A stretch of 64,000 nucleotides of DNA from Candidatus Burarchaeum sp. (GCA_030646255.1 JAUSNF010000021.1:9340-73339), one strand, 5' to 3'. Positions 18,818 to 29,460 are shown, counted from the first letter of the stretch. Program-made: numbers and translations. The notes: a model not told the origin generated them from the letters alone.

Positions 18818-21340
18818 CTACTCGCGCTCCGTTTCCTCAGTTGCCTCGCCCTTGCCCGCCCGCTGCGGGTCCTTGCCGTCGCTTCCGTAAGTGTACTCAA
18901 CCACGATGTTCTTGGAATCGCGCACGCTCAGGTCCCTCTTCACCACCAAGTCCTGCAGCGCGTTGATGAGCCTTCTCTGCATGTAGCCCGACCGCGCCGT
19001 CCTGATGGCCGTGTTCACGAGGGACTCGCGGCCTCCCATCGAGTGGAAGAAGAATTCCTCTGGCGTGAGGCCCCGCACGAATGAAGATGCGACAAACCCG
19101 CGAGCATCCGCGCCCCTGTCGGTCTTCCTGAAGTGTATGAGCGCCCTGCCGCGGTAGCCGCGCGACAGTCGCTTCTCGCGCACTGCCTGCTGGCCTACTG
19201 TGGCGGCCATCTGGATTGCATTAAGTATGCTTCCACGCGCGCCGATGCGGGCCATCAGTATTGACGTGTTCTCAATGCCCATCGAATTCTCGACAATCTT
19301 GCCGCATTCATTCCTGACCCTGCTCAGACGCGCCATTACCTTCTCTTCAAGCGTTTCCTGCAGCGTGCGGCCGGGCATGCGCTCGAGCAGGCCCTTCTTG
19401 TACTGGCTGACGAGCCGCATCACGTCCTTGCGCGCATTGTCATTGGCCTCATCGACCTCGACGGCAGCCTCCTTTGAAAGCGTGTAGTTCGAAAGGTCTG
19501 CTGAAAATCCGTGCTTTGTAATGACATAGAGCGCCATTCTTGTCGCATCATCTATGAACTTGCGCGCAACGGGCGCGCCGTAATTCCGCACGAGCACCTC
19601 GATAATCTCATTCTCGAAAGCCTTGCTCTCAATCGTGCCGTGGGTGAGCAGGCCGTCCTTCACTACGATATAGCCGTCATACGGGCACTTCTCCTTGCCG
19701 CACTGGCCCTCGCACCTGCAGAGCTTCGAGCGCACGCGCATGTTGAAGTCCTTGGGCAGGAGCTGCGAGAACAGCAGCTTGCCCGAGTATTTCCCGCCGT
19801 GCACATCCGATGCAGGCAGTTCGTAAATGCCCGCAAGCGCGAGAATCTGGCACGCTTTCTCGTACGAGAAAACAGAATCCTTCTTTGTAAGATAGTAAAT
19901 GCCGGACACGTGGTCCTCCTGCGGCTTGATGATCGCATGGCCGTGGCGGGGCGAAATAATCTGGTTCTCGACCTTCATGAGCATCTCAGCCTCCACGCGC
20001 GCCTCCTCTGTCTGCGGCACGTGCAGGTTCATTTCATCGCCGTCAAAGTCCGCATTGTATGGCGGGCAGACCGGCAGGTTAATCCTAAAAGTCCTTCCAT
20101 CGAGAACCTTGACATTGTGGCACATCATTGACATCCTGTGCAGCGAAGGCTGCCTGTTGAACAGCACCGTGTCGCCGTTCATGAGCTGCCTCTCGACTAT
20201 GAAGCCCGCGGCCAGCGTGGTCTGTATTTCCTCCTTGGTCTTGTCCGTGACCTTGCGCCTCTTTCCATCTGGCCTTATAACGTAAACCGCATGCGGGTAG
20301 TCAATCGCGTCTATGAGCTTCTTGCACTCCTCAATATTCCACTCGGTCACGCGCACTGGCACGGTCAGCTCCTCGGCCATCATGCGCGGCACGCCCACGT
20401 CGTTAATCGATATGTTCGGGTCTGGCGAAATCACCGTGCGGGCCGAGAAGTTCACGCGCTTTCCTGAGAGGTTGTACCTGAACCTTCCTTCCTTGCCCTT
20501 CAGCCTCTGCGACAAAGTCTTCAGGGGCCTGCCCGACCTGTGCCTTGCAGGCGGGATGTTCGTTGTTTCATTGTTGAAGTACGTAGTAACGTGGTACTGC
20601 AGAAGCTCCCACAAGTCCTCAATGATTAGCTGGGGCGCGCCCGCATTGATGTTGGCCTCAAGCCGCTGGTTAATCCTCATGGTGTCTACAAGCTTGTGCG
20701 TCAGGTCATCCTCGCTCCTCTCACCGGTCTCGAGCGTGATTGAAGGCCTTACAGTTACGGGCGGCACAAGCAGTGCAGTCAGAATCATCCATTCGGGCCT
20801 TGCATAGTCAGGGTCGTAGCCCATGAGCCTCAGTTCCTCATCAGGTATCTTCGAGAGCCTGTCCCTTATTTCAGTGGGCAGAAGCGTCTTCTCTCCCTCG
20901 TAGAATGTGGTTGGCTTCTCGAACTTCAGCTCTGCCTGCTTGGCCTCGCAGTGCGGGCACGAGCCGCCCTTCTTTCCTTTTGCCAAGGCCCCGAGTGTCA
21001 TGTGCTTCTTCTTGGTGAGCATCTTGCCGCACTTTACGCACGTGCTCCTGAGCAGCATGTAAATTATGCGCGAGAACTCCGGGTGCACGACCGGCCGAAC
21101 CAGTTCGATGTGCGTGAAGTGGCCCGAGCATGTCCTCGTTCTTCCGCCACACGTCTTGCATTTAAGGCCGGGGTCAATGACGCCCATGCGCTGGTCGACA
21201 AGCCCGCCGTCAATCGGGTACCCGTCCTCGTTGTAGGTGTCGGGAACCGTAATCTTCGCAGCCGAAATCTTCCTGACCATCTCTGGCGAGAACAGGGAGA
21301 ACTTTATCCTGTCAACCATTTTTTCGACGAATTCACTCAT
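18818..21340 (-). CDS. rpoA1: RNA polymerase subunit A'
   Basis: NADFDGDEMN catalytic motif. Confidence 0.98.
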   Translation of the reverse strand: MSEFVEKMVDRIKFSLFSPEMVRKISAAKITVPDTYNEDGYPIDGGLVDQRMGVIDPGLKCKTCGGRTRTCSGHFTHIELVRPVVHPEFSRIIYMLLRSTCVKCGKMLTKKKHMTLGALAKGKKGGSCPHCEAKQAELKFEKPTTFYEGEKTLLPTEIRDRLSKIPDEELRLMGYDPDYARPEWMILTALLVPPVTVRPSITLETGERSEDDLTHKLVDTMRINQRLEANINAGAPQLIIEDLWELLQYHVTTYFNNETTNIPPARHRSGRPLKTLSQRLKGKEGRFRYNLSGKRVNFSARTVISPDPNISINDVGVPRMMAEELTVPVRVTEWNIEECKKLIDAIDYPHAVYVIRPDGKRRKVTDKTKEEIQTTLAAGFIVERQLMNGDTVLFNRQPSLHRMSMMCHNVKVLDGRTFRINLPVCPPYNADFDGDEMNLHVPQTEEARVEAEMLMKVENQIISPRHGHAIIKPQEDHVSGIYYLTKKDSVFSYEKACQILALAGIYELPASDVHGGKYSGKLLFSQLLPKDFNMRVRSKLCRCEGQCGKEKCPYDGYIVVKDGLLTHGTIESKAFENEIIEVLVRNYGAPVARKFIDDATRMALYVITKHGFSADLSNYTLSKEAAVEVDEANDNARKDVMRLVSQYKKGLLERMPGRTLQETLEEKVMARLSRVRNECGKIVENSMGIENTSILMARIGARGSILNAIQMAATVGQQAVREKRLSRGYRGRALIHFRKTDRGADARGFVASSFVRGLTPEEFFFHSMGGRESLVNTAIRTARSGYMQRRLINALQDLVVKRDLSVRDSKNIVVEYTYGSDGKDPQRAGKGEATEETERE

Positions 21341-21386
21341 GCGAGCACCCAATAACATTCAACTAAGTCTGTCCCCTTCTATACCC

Positions 21387-23273
21387 TCATGCCTTATCCT
21401 TCAGCTTCAGCCTCGGCAGGATGCCAATGGCCTTAATCTCATCGAGCAGCAGCTTGAATGCATAACTCATCTCGACCTTGTACAGTTCAACGGAATCGCA
21501 GAGCGGGCAGTAGTCGCGCCTCTTTATGAAATCGTGCACGGCAATCATGCCGCACTTGTTGCACACGAGCTCGACAGTCTTGTCGCTCTCCTCCAGCATC
21601 CTCTCGCGCACGAGCATGGATGCGCCATAGCCTATGAGGCAGTCGCGTTCCATCTCTCCGAACCGAAGCCCTCCTTCACGGGCCTTGCCTTCAGTCGGCT
21701 GGTGCGTGAGCAGCTGCACAGGCCCGCGCGAGCGCACGTGCATCTTGTTCGACACAAGGTGGTGCAGGCGCTGGTAGTATATTACGCCGACGAACACCTC
21801 GCTCTCAATGCGCTCGCCGCTCAAACCATCGTAAAGGATTTCCTTGCCATAGCTTTCAAAGCCCTGTTCCTTGAGCGTCTGCTTGAATTCTTCCGCATCC
21901 TGGCCCGAGAATGCAGTTCCATTGACGCGCTCGCCCGTGAAGCACGCGGCCTTGCCTCCCAGCATCTCTATCAGGTGGCCTGCAGTCATGCGCGATGGAA
22001 TGGCGTGCGGGTTGATAATCAAATCAGGCACAATGCCGCTCTCGGTGAATGGCATGTCCTCCTGCGGCACGAGAAGGCCGATGACACCCTTCTGGCCGTG
22101 CCTGCTCGCGAACTTGTCGCCGTTCTCCGGCACCTTTATGCTCCTGACGCGCACCTTCACGAACTTGTTGCCCGACGGGCTCTCGGTAAGCATGACCGAA
22201 TCGACAACGCCCTCATCGCCGCTCTTGATGACCAGCGAGTTCTCCCTCTTCTTCTCTTCAGTCAAACCAAAAGCGCTGACTTCCTCCAAAAATCTCGGCG
22301 GCGAGGTCTTGCCCACGAGCACATCCTTGGACTGCACCTCGCTCTCAGGCACCACTATGCCGTCATCGCCCAGATAGCGGTACATGTACTCTTCGCGGTA
22401 GCCGCTCACCGTCGGGTTCGGACTCTCGAACTTGTCCTTCTGCCCGCCAGGGTAGCGCCTTTCCTCGCTCTCATGCACCTTGAAGAAGACAGACCTGCCG
22501 AGGCCGCGGTCGACTGCGTTCTTGTTCATCACTACCGCATCGCCCATATTGTATCCATAGTAGCTCGTAATCGCGACAACGAAGTTCTGGCCCGCGGGCC
22601 TGCGGTGGAAGTTCATGTGCCTGTATGGCTCGCTCTGCACCAGCGGCTCCTGCGGGTAGTATAATATGTGCGCGCGCGAGTCCATGCGCAGGTTGTAGTT
22701 GCTCGCGTAGAAGCCGAGAGACTGCTTGCTCATTGCGCAGGCCATTGTAATTCTCGGCGAGGAGTTGTGCTCCGGGTAGGTGAGCTGCGAGACTGTTACG
22801 CCGCAGATTGAAACCGGGTCGATTTCCATGTGCGTGCTCTTCTCGGTTATGTGCTTCTCGTCCGCAGCCACAAATGCGATATCGTTCTCTTCCTCGGCGT
22901 CCAAATACTCAATGACGCCCATCTTGATGAGTTCGTTCCACTTGAGCTCGCCGCTCTCAACTTTCTTTACCATTTCAGGAGTGTAAAGCGACTTGCCATT
23001 CTCGACAACTATGTACGGCCTGCGCGCCCGGCCGCTGTCGGTGCTGACTTGCAGTTCTCCGGTCGCGCGGTTGAGCGCAAAATTCACCTCAGGGCTTATC
23101 TCGCCCGCGCGCCTCTTTGCGCGCAGTTCGGCCACGAGCGAATCTCCGTCATCGTGGAATCCGATGAGCCTGCCGTTTATGTAGATGGCGGTCTTGGAAG
23201 GCCTCTCGCCATCCTCTATCTTGCCCGCTACCATTTTCTTGAACATTCTGCTCTTTTTTTTCGCCGGCACCAT
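21387..23273 (-). CDS. rpoB1: RNA polymerase subunit B'
   Basis: GDKFASRHGQKG, GLRFGEMERD, C-terminal Zn finger. Confidence 0.98.
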   Translation of the reverse strand: MVPAKKKSRMFKKMVAGKIEDGERPSKTAIYINGRLIGFHDDGDSLVAELRAKRRAGEISPEVNFALNRATGELQVSTDSGRARRPYIVVENGKSLYTPEMVKKVESGELKWNELIKMGVIEYLDAEEENDIAFVAADEKHITEKSTHMEIDPVSICGVTVSQLTYPEHNSSPRITMACAMSKQSLGFYASNYNLRMDSRAHILYYPQEPLVQSEPYRHMNFHRRPAGQNFVVAITSYYGYNMGDAVVMNKNAVDRGLGRSVFFKVHESEERRYPGGQKDKFESPNPTVSGYREEYMYRYLGDDGIVVPESEVQSKDVLVGKTSPPRFLEEVSAFGLTEEKKRENSLVIKSGDEGVVDSVMLTESPSGNKFVKVRVRSIKVPENGDKFASRHGQKGVIGLLVPQEDMPFTESGIVPDLIINPHAIPSRMTAGHLIEMLGGKAACFTGERVNGTAFSGQDAEEFKQTLKEQGFESYGKEILYDGLSGERIESEVFVGVIYYQRLHHLVSNKMHVRSRGPVQLLTHQPTEGKAREGGLRFGEMERDCLIGYGASMLVRERMLEESDKTVELVCNKCGMIAVHDFIKRRDYCPLCDSVELYKVEMSYAFKLLLDEIKAIGILPRLKLKDKA

Positions 23274-23321
23274 GATATCACATCAACAAAATCATTTGCA
23301 TTCGTCTGCTTCTTTCATTGC

Positions 23322-24896
23322 CTATTTCTTTCCGCCCTTCTCCGCTTTCTCCGGCTTCTCGCTCTTCCCAACTTCCGCAACAGTCATCTCTTCAACCGCC
23401 ATCGGTTCAGCGGCGTGCGAAACATCTTCGATCGCAACTCCGCTGGCCCTCAGCAGTTCCTCAACAGGCTTCTCGCTCTCGCCCGTCGTAATCTCACACA
23501 GCAGTGCCATGTTCTTTACCAGCGCGCAGCTCGGGCCTTCGGGCGACTCGTTCGGGCAGAGCTTGCCCCAGTGCGAGCCGTGCAAGTCGCGGGCCTTGAA
23601 GTGCGGGTGCTTGCGCGAAAGCGGCGAGATGATGCGCCTCAAGTGCGAGACGCTTGAAAGATGGTTCGTGCGGTCGAGCAGCTGCGATACGCCTGTCTGG
23701 CCAGCAATCCAGTTGCCCGTAGCCATTGAGTACCTCATCCTTTCACTCAATGCGTCGGGCCTGACTATTGTCTGAACGACAAGCCTTCTTCCGCGCGCGA
23801 ATGCGCGCTCAACCTGATAAGCAACATCCTTTACGAGGAACTGGAACGCATACCTGAAAAGCTCCTCCATCAAATTGCCTGCGAGCTTAATTCTCTTGTT
23901 CCCATAGAAGTCCTTGTCATCCTCGGGCACCATCTTGTAGGCAACCTTCATTCCCTTCTCAGCCATCTTGCACAAGTAGTATGCCTTAGCGAGCCTGTCG
24001 CCGGGCTCAACGCCCAAGTGCGGCAGCAGGTAAGTGTCAAGCAGGACATCCACGCGCTTTGCGCGGTACTCGCGGGCCTGGCCCGGCGCCACTTTCTTGC
24101 CGATGGCTTCCATTGCCTCCTCGCGGTTCTTGGTCTCATCCACCTCGAGGTTCAATAGGATATCATTCATTATTTCGCTCTTGTCAGAATCCTTGAAAGC
24201 GGCAATTATGTCCTCGTTCTTCTCAAGCCCGAGCGCGCGCAGCGCTGTCGTGAGCCGCATATCCTTGGGTGCGGCCGGGAAGCTCACGTTCACAACGCCC
24301 TCATGGTTTCTTTCCGCAACGCAGCGGGCGCGGAAGCCGAAGCGCATCGAGAAGACCTTCGAGGTCGTGAGCGTGCCGTCCTTCTCGCGCGAAACCATGA
24401 TGCGGTTGGGCGCAAGATCCTCAATCGAAACGAGCACGCGCTCGCTCCCATTAATGATGAAGTAGCCGCCCGGATCCTCGGGATCCTCGCCCTTCTCTAT
24501 GAGCTGCTCGCGGTTCAGGCCCTCAAGGTGGCACAGCTTGGACTTAATCATCACGGGCAGCTCGCCAATGAATACTTCTGGGAAGCCGCGCCTCTCAACG
24601 CCATTCACAATCGGTATAATCTCGAGGAAAATAGGCGTGGCATAATTCAAATCGCGCATGCGCGCCTCCATCGGCGTGATGGGTCGGCGCGAGCCGTCGG
24701 CCTCCATCATCATCGGTTTTTCCTCAATCCTCACCTTTCCGAGCTTGAGCTTGTAGTTCTCAATATTCGGCTCAATCACGCCAACGCGGTCAATGACCTG
24801 CTGGATGCCGAAGGCCACGAACTTGTTGTAGCTCTCAAGGTGCTGGCGCACAAGGGAATTCTGGTGGAAATACGCATCAAGGAGTTCAACAGTCAT
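23322..24896 (-). CDS. rpoB2: RNA polymerase subunit B''
   Basis: GGYFIINGSERV, CPNESPEG..LVKN. Confidence 0.97.
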   Translation of the reverse strand: MTVELLDAYFHQNSLVRQHLESYNKFVAFGIQQVIDRVGVIEPNIENYKLKLGKVRIEEKPMMMEADGSRRPITPMEARMRDLNYATPIFLEIIPIVNGVERRGFPEVFIGELPVMIKSKLCHLEGLNREQLIEKGEDPEDPGGYFIINGSERVLVSIEDLAPNRIMVSREKDGTLTTSKVFSMRFGFRARCVAERNHEGVVNVSFPAAPKDMRLTTALRALGLEKNEDIIAAFKDSDKSEIMNDILLNLEVDETKNREEAMEAIGKKVAPGQAREYRAKRVDVLLDTYLLPHLGVEPGDRLAKAYYLCKMAEKGMKVAYKMVPEDDKDFYGNKRIKLAGNLMEELFRYAFQFLVKDVAYQVERAFARGRRLVVQTIVRPDALSERMRYSMATGNWIAGQTGVSQLLDRTNHLSSVSHLRRIISPLSRKHPHFKARDLHGSHWGKLCPNESPEGPSCALVKNMALLCEITTGESEKPVEELLRASGVAIEDVSHAAEPMAVEEMTVAEVGKSEKPEKAEKGGKK

Positions 24897-24997
24897 TCAA
24901 TCATCTACCATTATTCCGAAACTTCTGTTCTTCAGCCCGCAGTCCTTTGCAACTTCCTTGCCCGTCTGCCTTCCGTCCGGCCCTCGCCCTACTTTTT

Positions 24998-25231
24998 TTA
25001 TTCTATTACTAGCCTGTAATACCTGATCTCGATTTTCTTGTCAACATCGCCCTTGCGTATAATCCTGACAACATCGCCCGGCTCAGCCATGCCTTTTATA
25101 ATCACGTCATTGGCCGAAATTTTCGGCAACTGCTCGGGCTTCAGTCCGCTTTCAGAGAAGAACTTCTCCCTCTCGCCCCCGGATAGTATTTCGTGTACAG
25201 GAATTAGGATATGCTCTGGGGACTCGGCCAA
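24998..25231 (-). CDS. rpoH: RNA polymerase subunit H
   Basis: HILIPVHEIL..LPKI..PGDVVRIIR..YYRLV. Confidence 0.95.
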   Translation of the reverse strand: MAESPEHILIPVHEILSGGEREKFFSESGLKPEQLPKISANDVIIKGMAEPGDVVRIIRKGDVDKKIEIRYYRLVIE

Positions 25232-25390
25232 ATAACCACCTTACTTTAGAAGTGCAATGTGGCTCTTACATAAGTCGGCAAGTTTTATAAAGCTTAAGCC
25301 GCCTTTTTGCAACAACTTTACCGTAGTTCCTGCGCAAACTATATGTACAGTGTCTGCTTCTAGCCTATTTTCTTCCTTAACCTCTATTCC

Positions 25391-26050
25391 TTAAAGTTGT
25401 TCACCATATTTATCATAATATCTCTTTATAGCCACGTCCATATTCTCCTCTAATTTGAGCTCTGAAATACGCCTTTTCCCTTCCTTATGATACTCCATGA
25501 TCTCCTTCCATTCATCATCCGTAACTTTATCCGTATTCTCCTCCTTGGGGGTCTCTCCCTTTCCTCCTCCTAAAACCGTTGCGATCCCGCTTATGAGCGG
25601 CTCATTTCCGCTTTCCTCTGTTTTAAACCTGTCCCCAATTGGGTGCTCTTTGTCGTATCTTTTTGTAATTGTCTCCATTGTTTTATCGATAAATCCGAAG
25701 AACTCATTTGTTTTTTTATCCTTAAGCTCCCTTTCCTTCTGCTGCAAATTAAGTGCCTCAAGCTTCAGATTGACACCGTCCAGCTTATGTTGAAGCCAAA
25801 TCAGTTCAGCTATCCAATATTTTTTTGGATTATCCTTTGCATAGATTTTCTTGTTTAGCCGTTCTATTTTATCACTCAACTTCTTGCGCTGCCTCTCCCA
25901 AAGTGCGCAGTTGTAGTCCTCGTTCGGTATCTCCTTCTTGACTAGCGCAGGTCCAAGGTCGTGCAATAGCCTGAAATTGAACGCAATCTGGCTCGGCGAG
26001 AACTTAGTCAACAGCGGGTTCCGAGCCACAGTCCTTGCATCTTTTTGCAT
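25391..26050 (-). CDS. Hypothetical Lys/Glu-rich protein (AT-rich DNA)
   Basis: Long ORF filling the gap; visibly lower GC than its neighbours. Confidence 0.6.
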   Translation of the reverse strand: MQKDARTVARNPLLTKFSPSQIAFNFRLLHDLGPALVKKEIPNEDYNCALWERQRKKLSDKIERLNKKIYAKDNPKKYWIAELIWLQHKLDGVNLKLEALNLQQKERELKDKKTNEFFGFIDKTMETITKRYDKEHPIGDRFKTEESGNEPLISGIATVLGGGKGETPKEENTDKVTDDEWKEIMEYHKEGKRRISELKLEENMDVAIKRYYDKYGEQL

Positions 26051-26111
26051 GGCATTTCTTGCTCTTTGAAAGCTTAAAAACTTTATAATCATGCTCGCCT
26101 GCAAGCGCGCC

Positions 26112-27587
26112 TTACTTCTTCTGGTCTTCCTCAACGATATTCTTTATCATCTTCTGCAGCTTCAGGCGCTTGGCATCATAGGCCTTCTCTTTCAGGTCCG
26201 CATCCTCAACGTTCTCCTTTATCTCAGCAATCTTTCCGCTTTGGGAGGTCACTTCTGCGGAAACCTCGAGCGCAGTCACTGTCTTAGAAAGCAGTCGCAA
26301 CTGCCTCACAAGCCTGTCCCTTTCAACCTCCAGCTCATCTATCGCACTCACAATGTCCGTCACCTGCTGCCTCTTGCCTATCGCACTCTCATACTTCTCC
26401 ACGCCCTTGGTTGCAATGCTCAGCTGGTCCTCTATCTCCTTCTTGCTCTTGTTCAGCGCATTAGTCATCTCATCTGCCAAATCCCTTATCTGCGTGGCCT
26501 CCTGCCTGAAGTTCAGGTCTGCCTTGGCCAGCTGTGAATCATAATCTGTGACACTCCCGATGAGCTTCTTCTGCGCCCGCAGGAGCTCCTCGTACTTGCT
26601 CTCATGCGTCTCGAGCGCCTTTGTTATGGAGTCGCTGCGGTTCGCGAGCAGCCGGCTCTGCTCCCCTATTTCGCTCTCCAGCCTTTCAATATTCTCCTTC
26701 TCCTTCCTGAGCTTTACAAGATTCTCAGCAACCTCGCCGCTCACGAGCGCATCCTTCATCGTGCCCAGCTTCCGGTCCAGGTCAATAACCCTAAACTGCA
26801 TCTTCTCTACGAGCGCCTCAGCCGCGGCCTTCTCGCCCGCCATCTCCTTGGCAGTCTCCTCCAGCCTGTTCATGGCATCGATGGACTCAGTGAGCGCGCC
26901 CTTCTTGTCCGTGCTCTTCTTGAGCTCCTTCTGCAGAGAGGCCTTCATCTCGGTTATGGCTGCAAGCGTCTCATCCAGCTTCTTCCTCGCCTCGACAATC
27001 TCGCCCGCGCGCGCCTTGAGCTCAGGCGACCTTTCAATCTCCTTCACGCGCTTGTTCATCTCCTCGAGCATCTCGCGCTTCAGCTTGATGTCCCGCTCAA
27101 CAGAATTAACGCTCTCGCGCAAATCGGAAATCCGCGCCATCTTCTCGTTGAAAATCTTCTCCTTGTCCTTGTCCACCGCGTGCAGCGCGTCGAGCCTTGA
27201 CCTCAGCTTCTCGGGCAGCTGCGCATCCAGCACGCCCGCGAGCTCGTTCAGCTCCTTGCGCACCATCTGGAGCTCGCCCTCCTTTGCCTTGGCGCGCTCT
27301 ATCAGCCCGCGTATGTCCCTCGTGAGCGACTCCTTCTGCTCGCCTATCTTCGAAATGCTATCCTTCATCTCCTCCTCGGTCGGGCCCCTCCACACCAGGT
27401 AGACGCGCGTGAGCCTGTATTCTAGCTTCAGCACTTTTTCTTCTTCAAGCAGCTTGGCCCACTCTTCTGCAACCTGCGGGGTCACGCCCAAATTAGCGGC
27501 AGCCTCGCTCAGCTCGAGCCTGCCCCTGTCATGCACTATTCTTATGAGTCCGTCTATGCCAGTTGTAATCGAGCCTTCCTGCACCAT
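26112..27587 (-). CDS. N-terminal winged-helix plus long coiled-coil protein
   Basis: LSEAAANLGVTPQVAEEWAKLLEE then ~400 aa of heptad-rich sequence. Confidence 0.8.
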   Translation of the reverse strand: MVQEGSITTGIDGLIRIVHDRGRLELSEAAANLGVTPQVAEEWAKLLEEEKVLKLEYRLTRVYLVWRGPTEEEMKDSISKIGEQKESLTRDIRGLIERAKAKEGELQMVRKELNELAGVLDAQLPEKLRSRLDALHAVDKDKEKIFNEKMARISDLRESVNSVERDIKLKREMLEEMNKRVKEIERSPELKARAGEIVEARKKLDETLAAITEMKASLQKELKKSTDKKGALTESIDAMNRLEETAKEMAGEKAAAEALVEKMQFRVIDLDRKLGTMKDALVSGEVAENLVKLRKEKENIERLESEIGEQSRLLANRSDSITKALETHESKYEELLRAQKKLIGSVTDYDSQLAKADLNFRQEATQIRDLADEMTNALNKSKKEIEDQLSIATKGVEKYESAIGKRQQVTDIVSAIDELEVERDRLVRQLRLLSKTVTALEVSAEVTSQSGKIAEIKENVEDADLKEKAYDAKRLKLQKMIKNIVEEDQKK

Positions 27588-27896
27588 TCCAAGACCGCAA
27601 GGGCATCGCTCGCCCCCTATATTAAGCTTACTTTCTCGCCCCCGTGCCTTCGCAGGCGTTACCGCGTTCAGTGAAAACGGGTTTTGAAAATTTGCAGCTC
27701 AAGCCCCAGATACTGAAAGTGGTCCGAACTTTCTTTTCTCTCATCCTGTGCAACAATCTTACCCTTGTTTTCTAGCAAAGTATTAGCAGGCACAAGTGGG
27801 GAAAGACTTTTAAACCTCCCTCCCAAACTTTTTAAAGCTACTATAATCCCGCCGACGTGCCGGCATTATGCTTAATCAGAATCGGAGGCTGCTAAC

Positions 27897-28796
27897 ATGA
27901 CTGAAACCTGTCCCGAATGCAAGAGCAAGAACCTCGTCAAGGACCACGAGAAGGGAGAGATCATCTGCAAGGACTGCGGCCTCATAGTGAGCGAGGAGCT
28001 CGATGCCGGGCCCGAGTGGCGCGCCTTCGACTCCGAGCAGCGCGACAAGCGCGCCCGCGCAGGCGCACCAGTCAAATTCATGAGGCCCAACAAGGGCCTT
28101 GTAACCGAGATTGACCAGTACAACCGCGACATACGCGGGGTGAAGATTTCCTCGCACAAGCAGGCGCAGATGTACCGCATGCGCAAGTGGCACAGGCGCG
28201 CATCAGTGGCCAGCTCAATGGAGCGCAACCTCTCAATAGCGCTGAGCGAGCTCGACCGCATTGCCAGCTATCTAGGCCTTCCTGAGAACATGCGCGAGTC
28301 TGCCGCACTGCTCTACCGGCGATGCGTTGAGCGCGGCCTCATAAGGGGCAGGCTCATCGAGGCTGTGGTGGCTGGCGTAATCTATGCAACTTGCAGGGAA
28401 TACGGCGTGCCGCGCACGCTCGACGAGCTCTCGGCCCAGTCCAACATCGAGAAGAAGGAGATTGGCAGGGCATACAGGCTCATAGCGCGCGAGATGAACC
28501 TCAAGCTGCCACTCACAGACCCCTCGCAGTACGTTCCGCGCCTCTGCTCGTCGCTCAGGCTCAGCGGCAGGACGCAGGAGCGCGCAATTGAGATGACGCA
28601 CAAGGCGCTCAGCGGCTCGCTCATAAGCGGCAGAGGGCCGAGCGGAGTTGCAGCTGCGGCAGTCTACATCGCAGCCTCGCTCGAGGGCGAGAGGCGCACG
28701 CAGAAGGAAGTCTCCGATGTCGCGGGCGTCACGGAAGTGACAATCCGCAATAGATACCGTGAGTTGAAGAAGGCGCTAAACATCAAGGGTGGATAG
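27897..28796 (+). CDS. tfb: Transcription initiation factor IIB
   Basis: Zn ribbon CPEC..CKDCG, GPEWRAF, cyclin repeats, VTEVTIRNRY. Confidence 0.97.
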   Translation: MTETCPECKSKNLVKDHEKGEIICKDCGLIVSEELDAGPEWRAFDSEQRDKRARAGAPVKFMRPNKGLVTEIDQYNRDIRGVKISSHKQAQMYRMRKWHRRASVASSMERNLSIALSELDRIASYLGLPENMRESAALLYRRCVERGLIRGRLIEAVVAGVIYATCREYGVPRTLDELSAQSNIEKKEIGRAYRLIAREMNLKLPLTDPSQYVPRLCSSLRLSGRTQERAIEMTHKALSGSLISGRGPSGVAAAAVYIAASLEGERRTQKEVSDVAGVTEVTIRNRYRELKKALNIKGG

Positions 28797-28876
28797 CCGG
28801 CTGCCTTTCGTGCGAAGTTAAAAATATTAGCTAGTGTAAATGAGGAAGGTATCGGGAACTGCACGTTCTCGATAAC

Positions 28877-29053
28877 GGGCCGGTAGCTTAGCCTGGTTGG
28901 AGCGCTCGGCTGATAGAGCCAATGGTTTTCCGAGGGAAGGTATCGGAAACCGTAGGTTTCTGATACCGAGAGGTCCTGCGTTCAAGAGCCCTTTTCCGCC
29001 TGAGGGCGCAAAAGCGCTCGCGGAAAATCGCTGAACAAATCGCAGCCGGCCCA
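28877..29053 (+). tRNA. tRNA-Ile(GAT) with two introns (28916-28964 at 37/38; 28986-29038 at 58/59)
   Basis: Acceptor GGGCCGG/CCGGCCC, anticodon arm CTCGG-CTGATAA-CCGAG and T arm CTGCG-TTCAAAT-CGCAG after splicing; 75-nt mature cloverleaf. Confidence 0.9.
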
Positions 29054-29079
29054 TTCTTTTTCTTTCTTCTAAAATCAGT

Positions 29080-29460
29080 TCACGCCGCATGCACGACAAT
29101 CCCGCCGCGCGGCTGCCTAAGTGCGAACTCAGTGAGCTTCGGAGGCGCAGACTGCGAATAGCTAATATTGCCTTCATTCATCACACTAGAAACAGTTTCC
29201 TGTGTTGAAACAGCAACAGCTGGCTTCTGAACTGGGGCAGCCTCCATCCTCGCAGGCCTCTGCTTGAGCAGCTCAGTCATCCGCATCTCAAGGCCTGCCT
29301 TCTGCTCGGGGCTCATGTTCTTCTGCAGGTTGCCCGCAAGCAGCTGGCGCGCAATATTCTTTATCCTGTACTCAAGGCTCTCTGCCTCGGGCGCCATCTC
29401 CCTAAACTCCTGCTGCGGCCTTCCCTTCTCCTTCATTGTTTCAGCGCCCATATGAACCAT
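29080..29460 (-). CDS. Hypothetical protein
   Basis: ORF with genome-typical codons; no motif recognised. Confidence 0.6.
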   Translation of the reverse strand: MVHMGAETMKEKGRPQQEFREMAPEAESLEYRIKNIARQLLAGNLQKNMSPEQKAGLEMRMTELLKQRPARMEAAPVQKPAVAVSTQETVSSVMNEGNISYSQSAPPKLTEFALRQPRGGIVVHAA

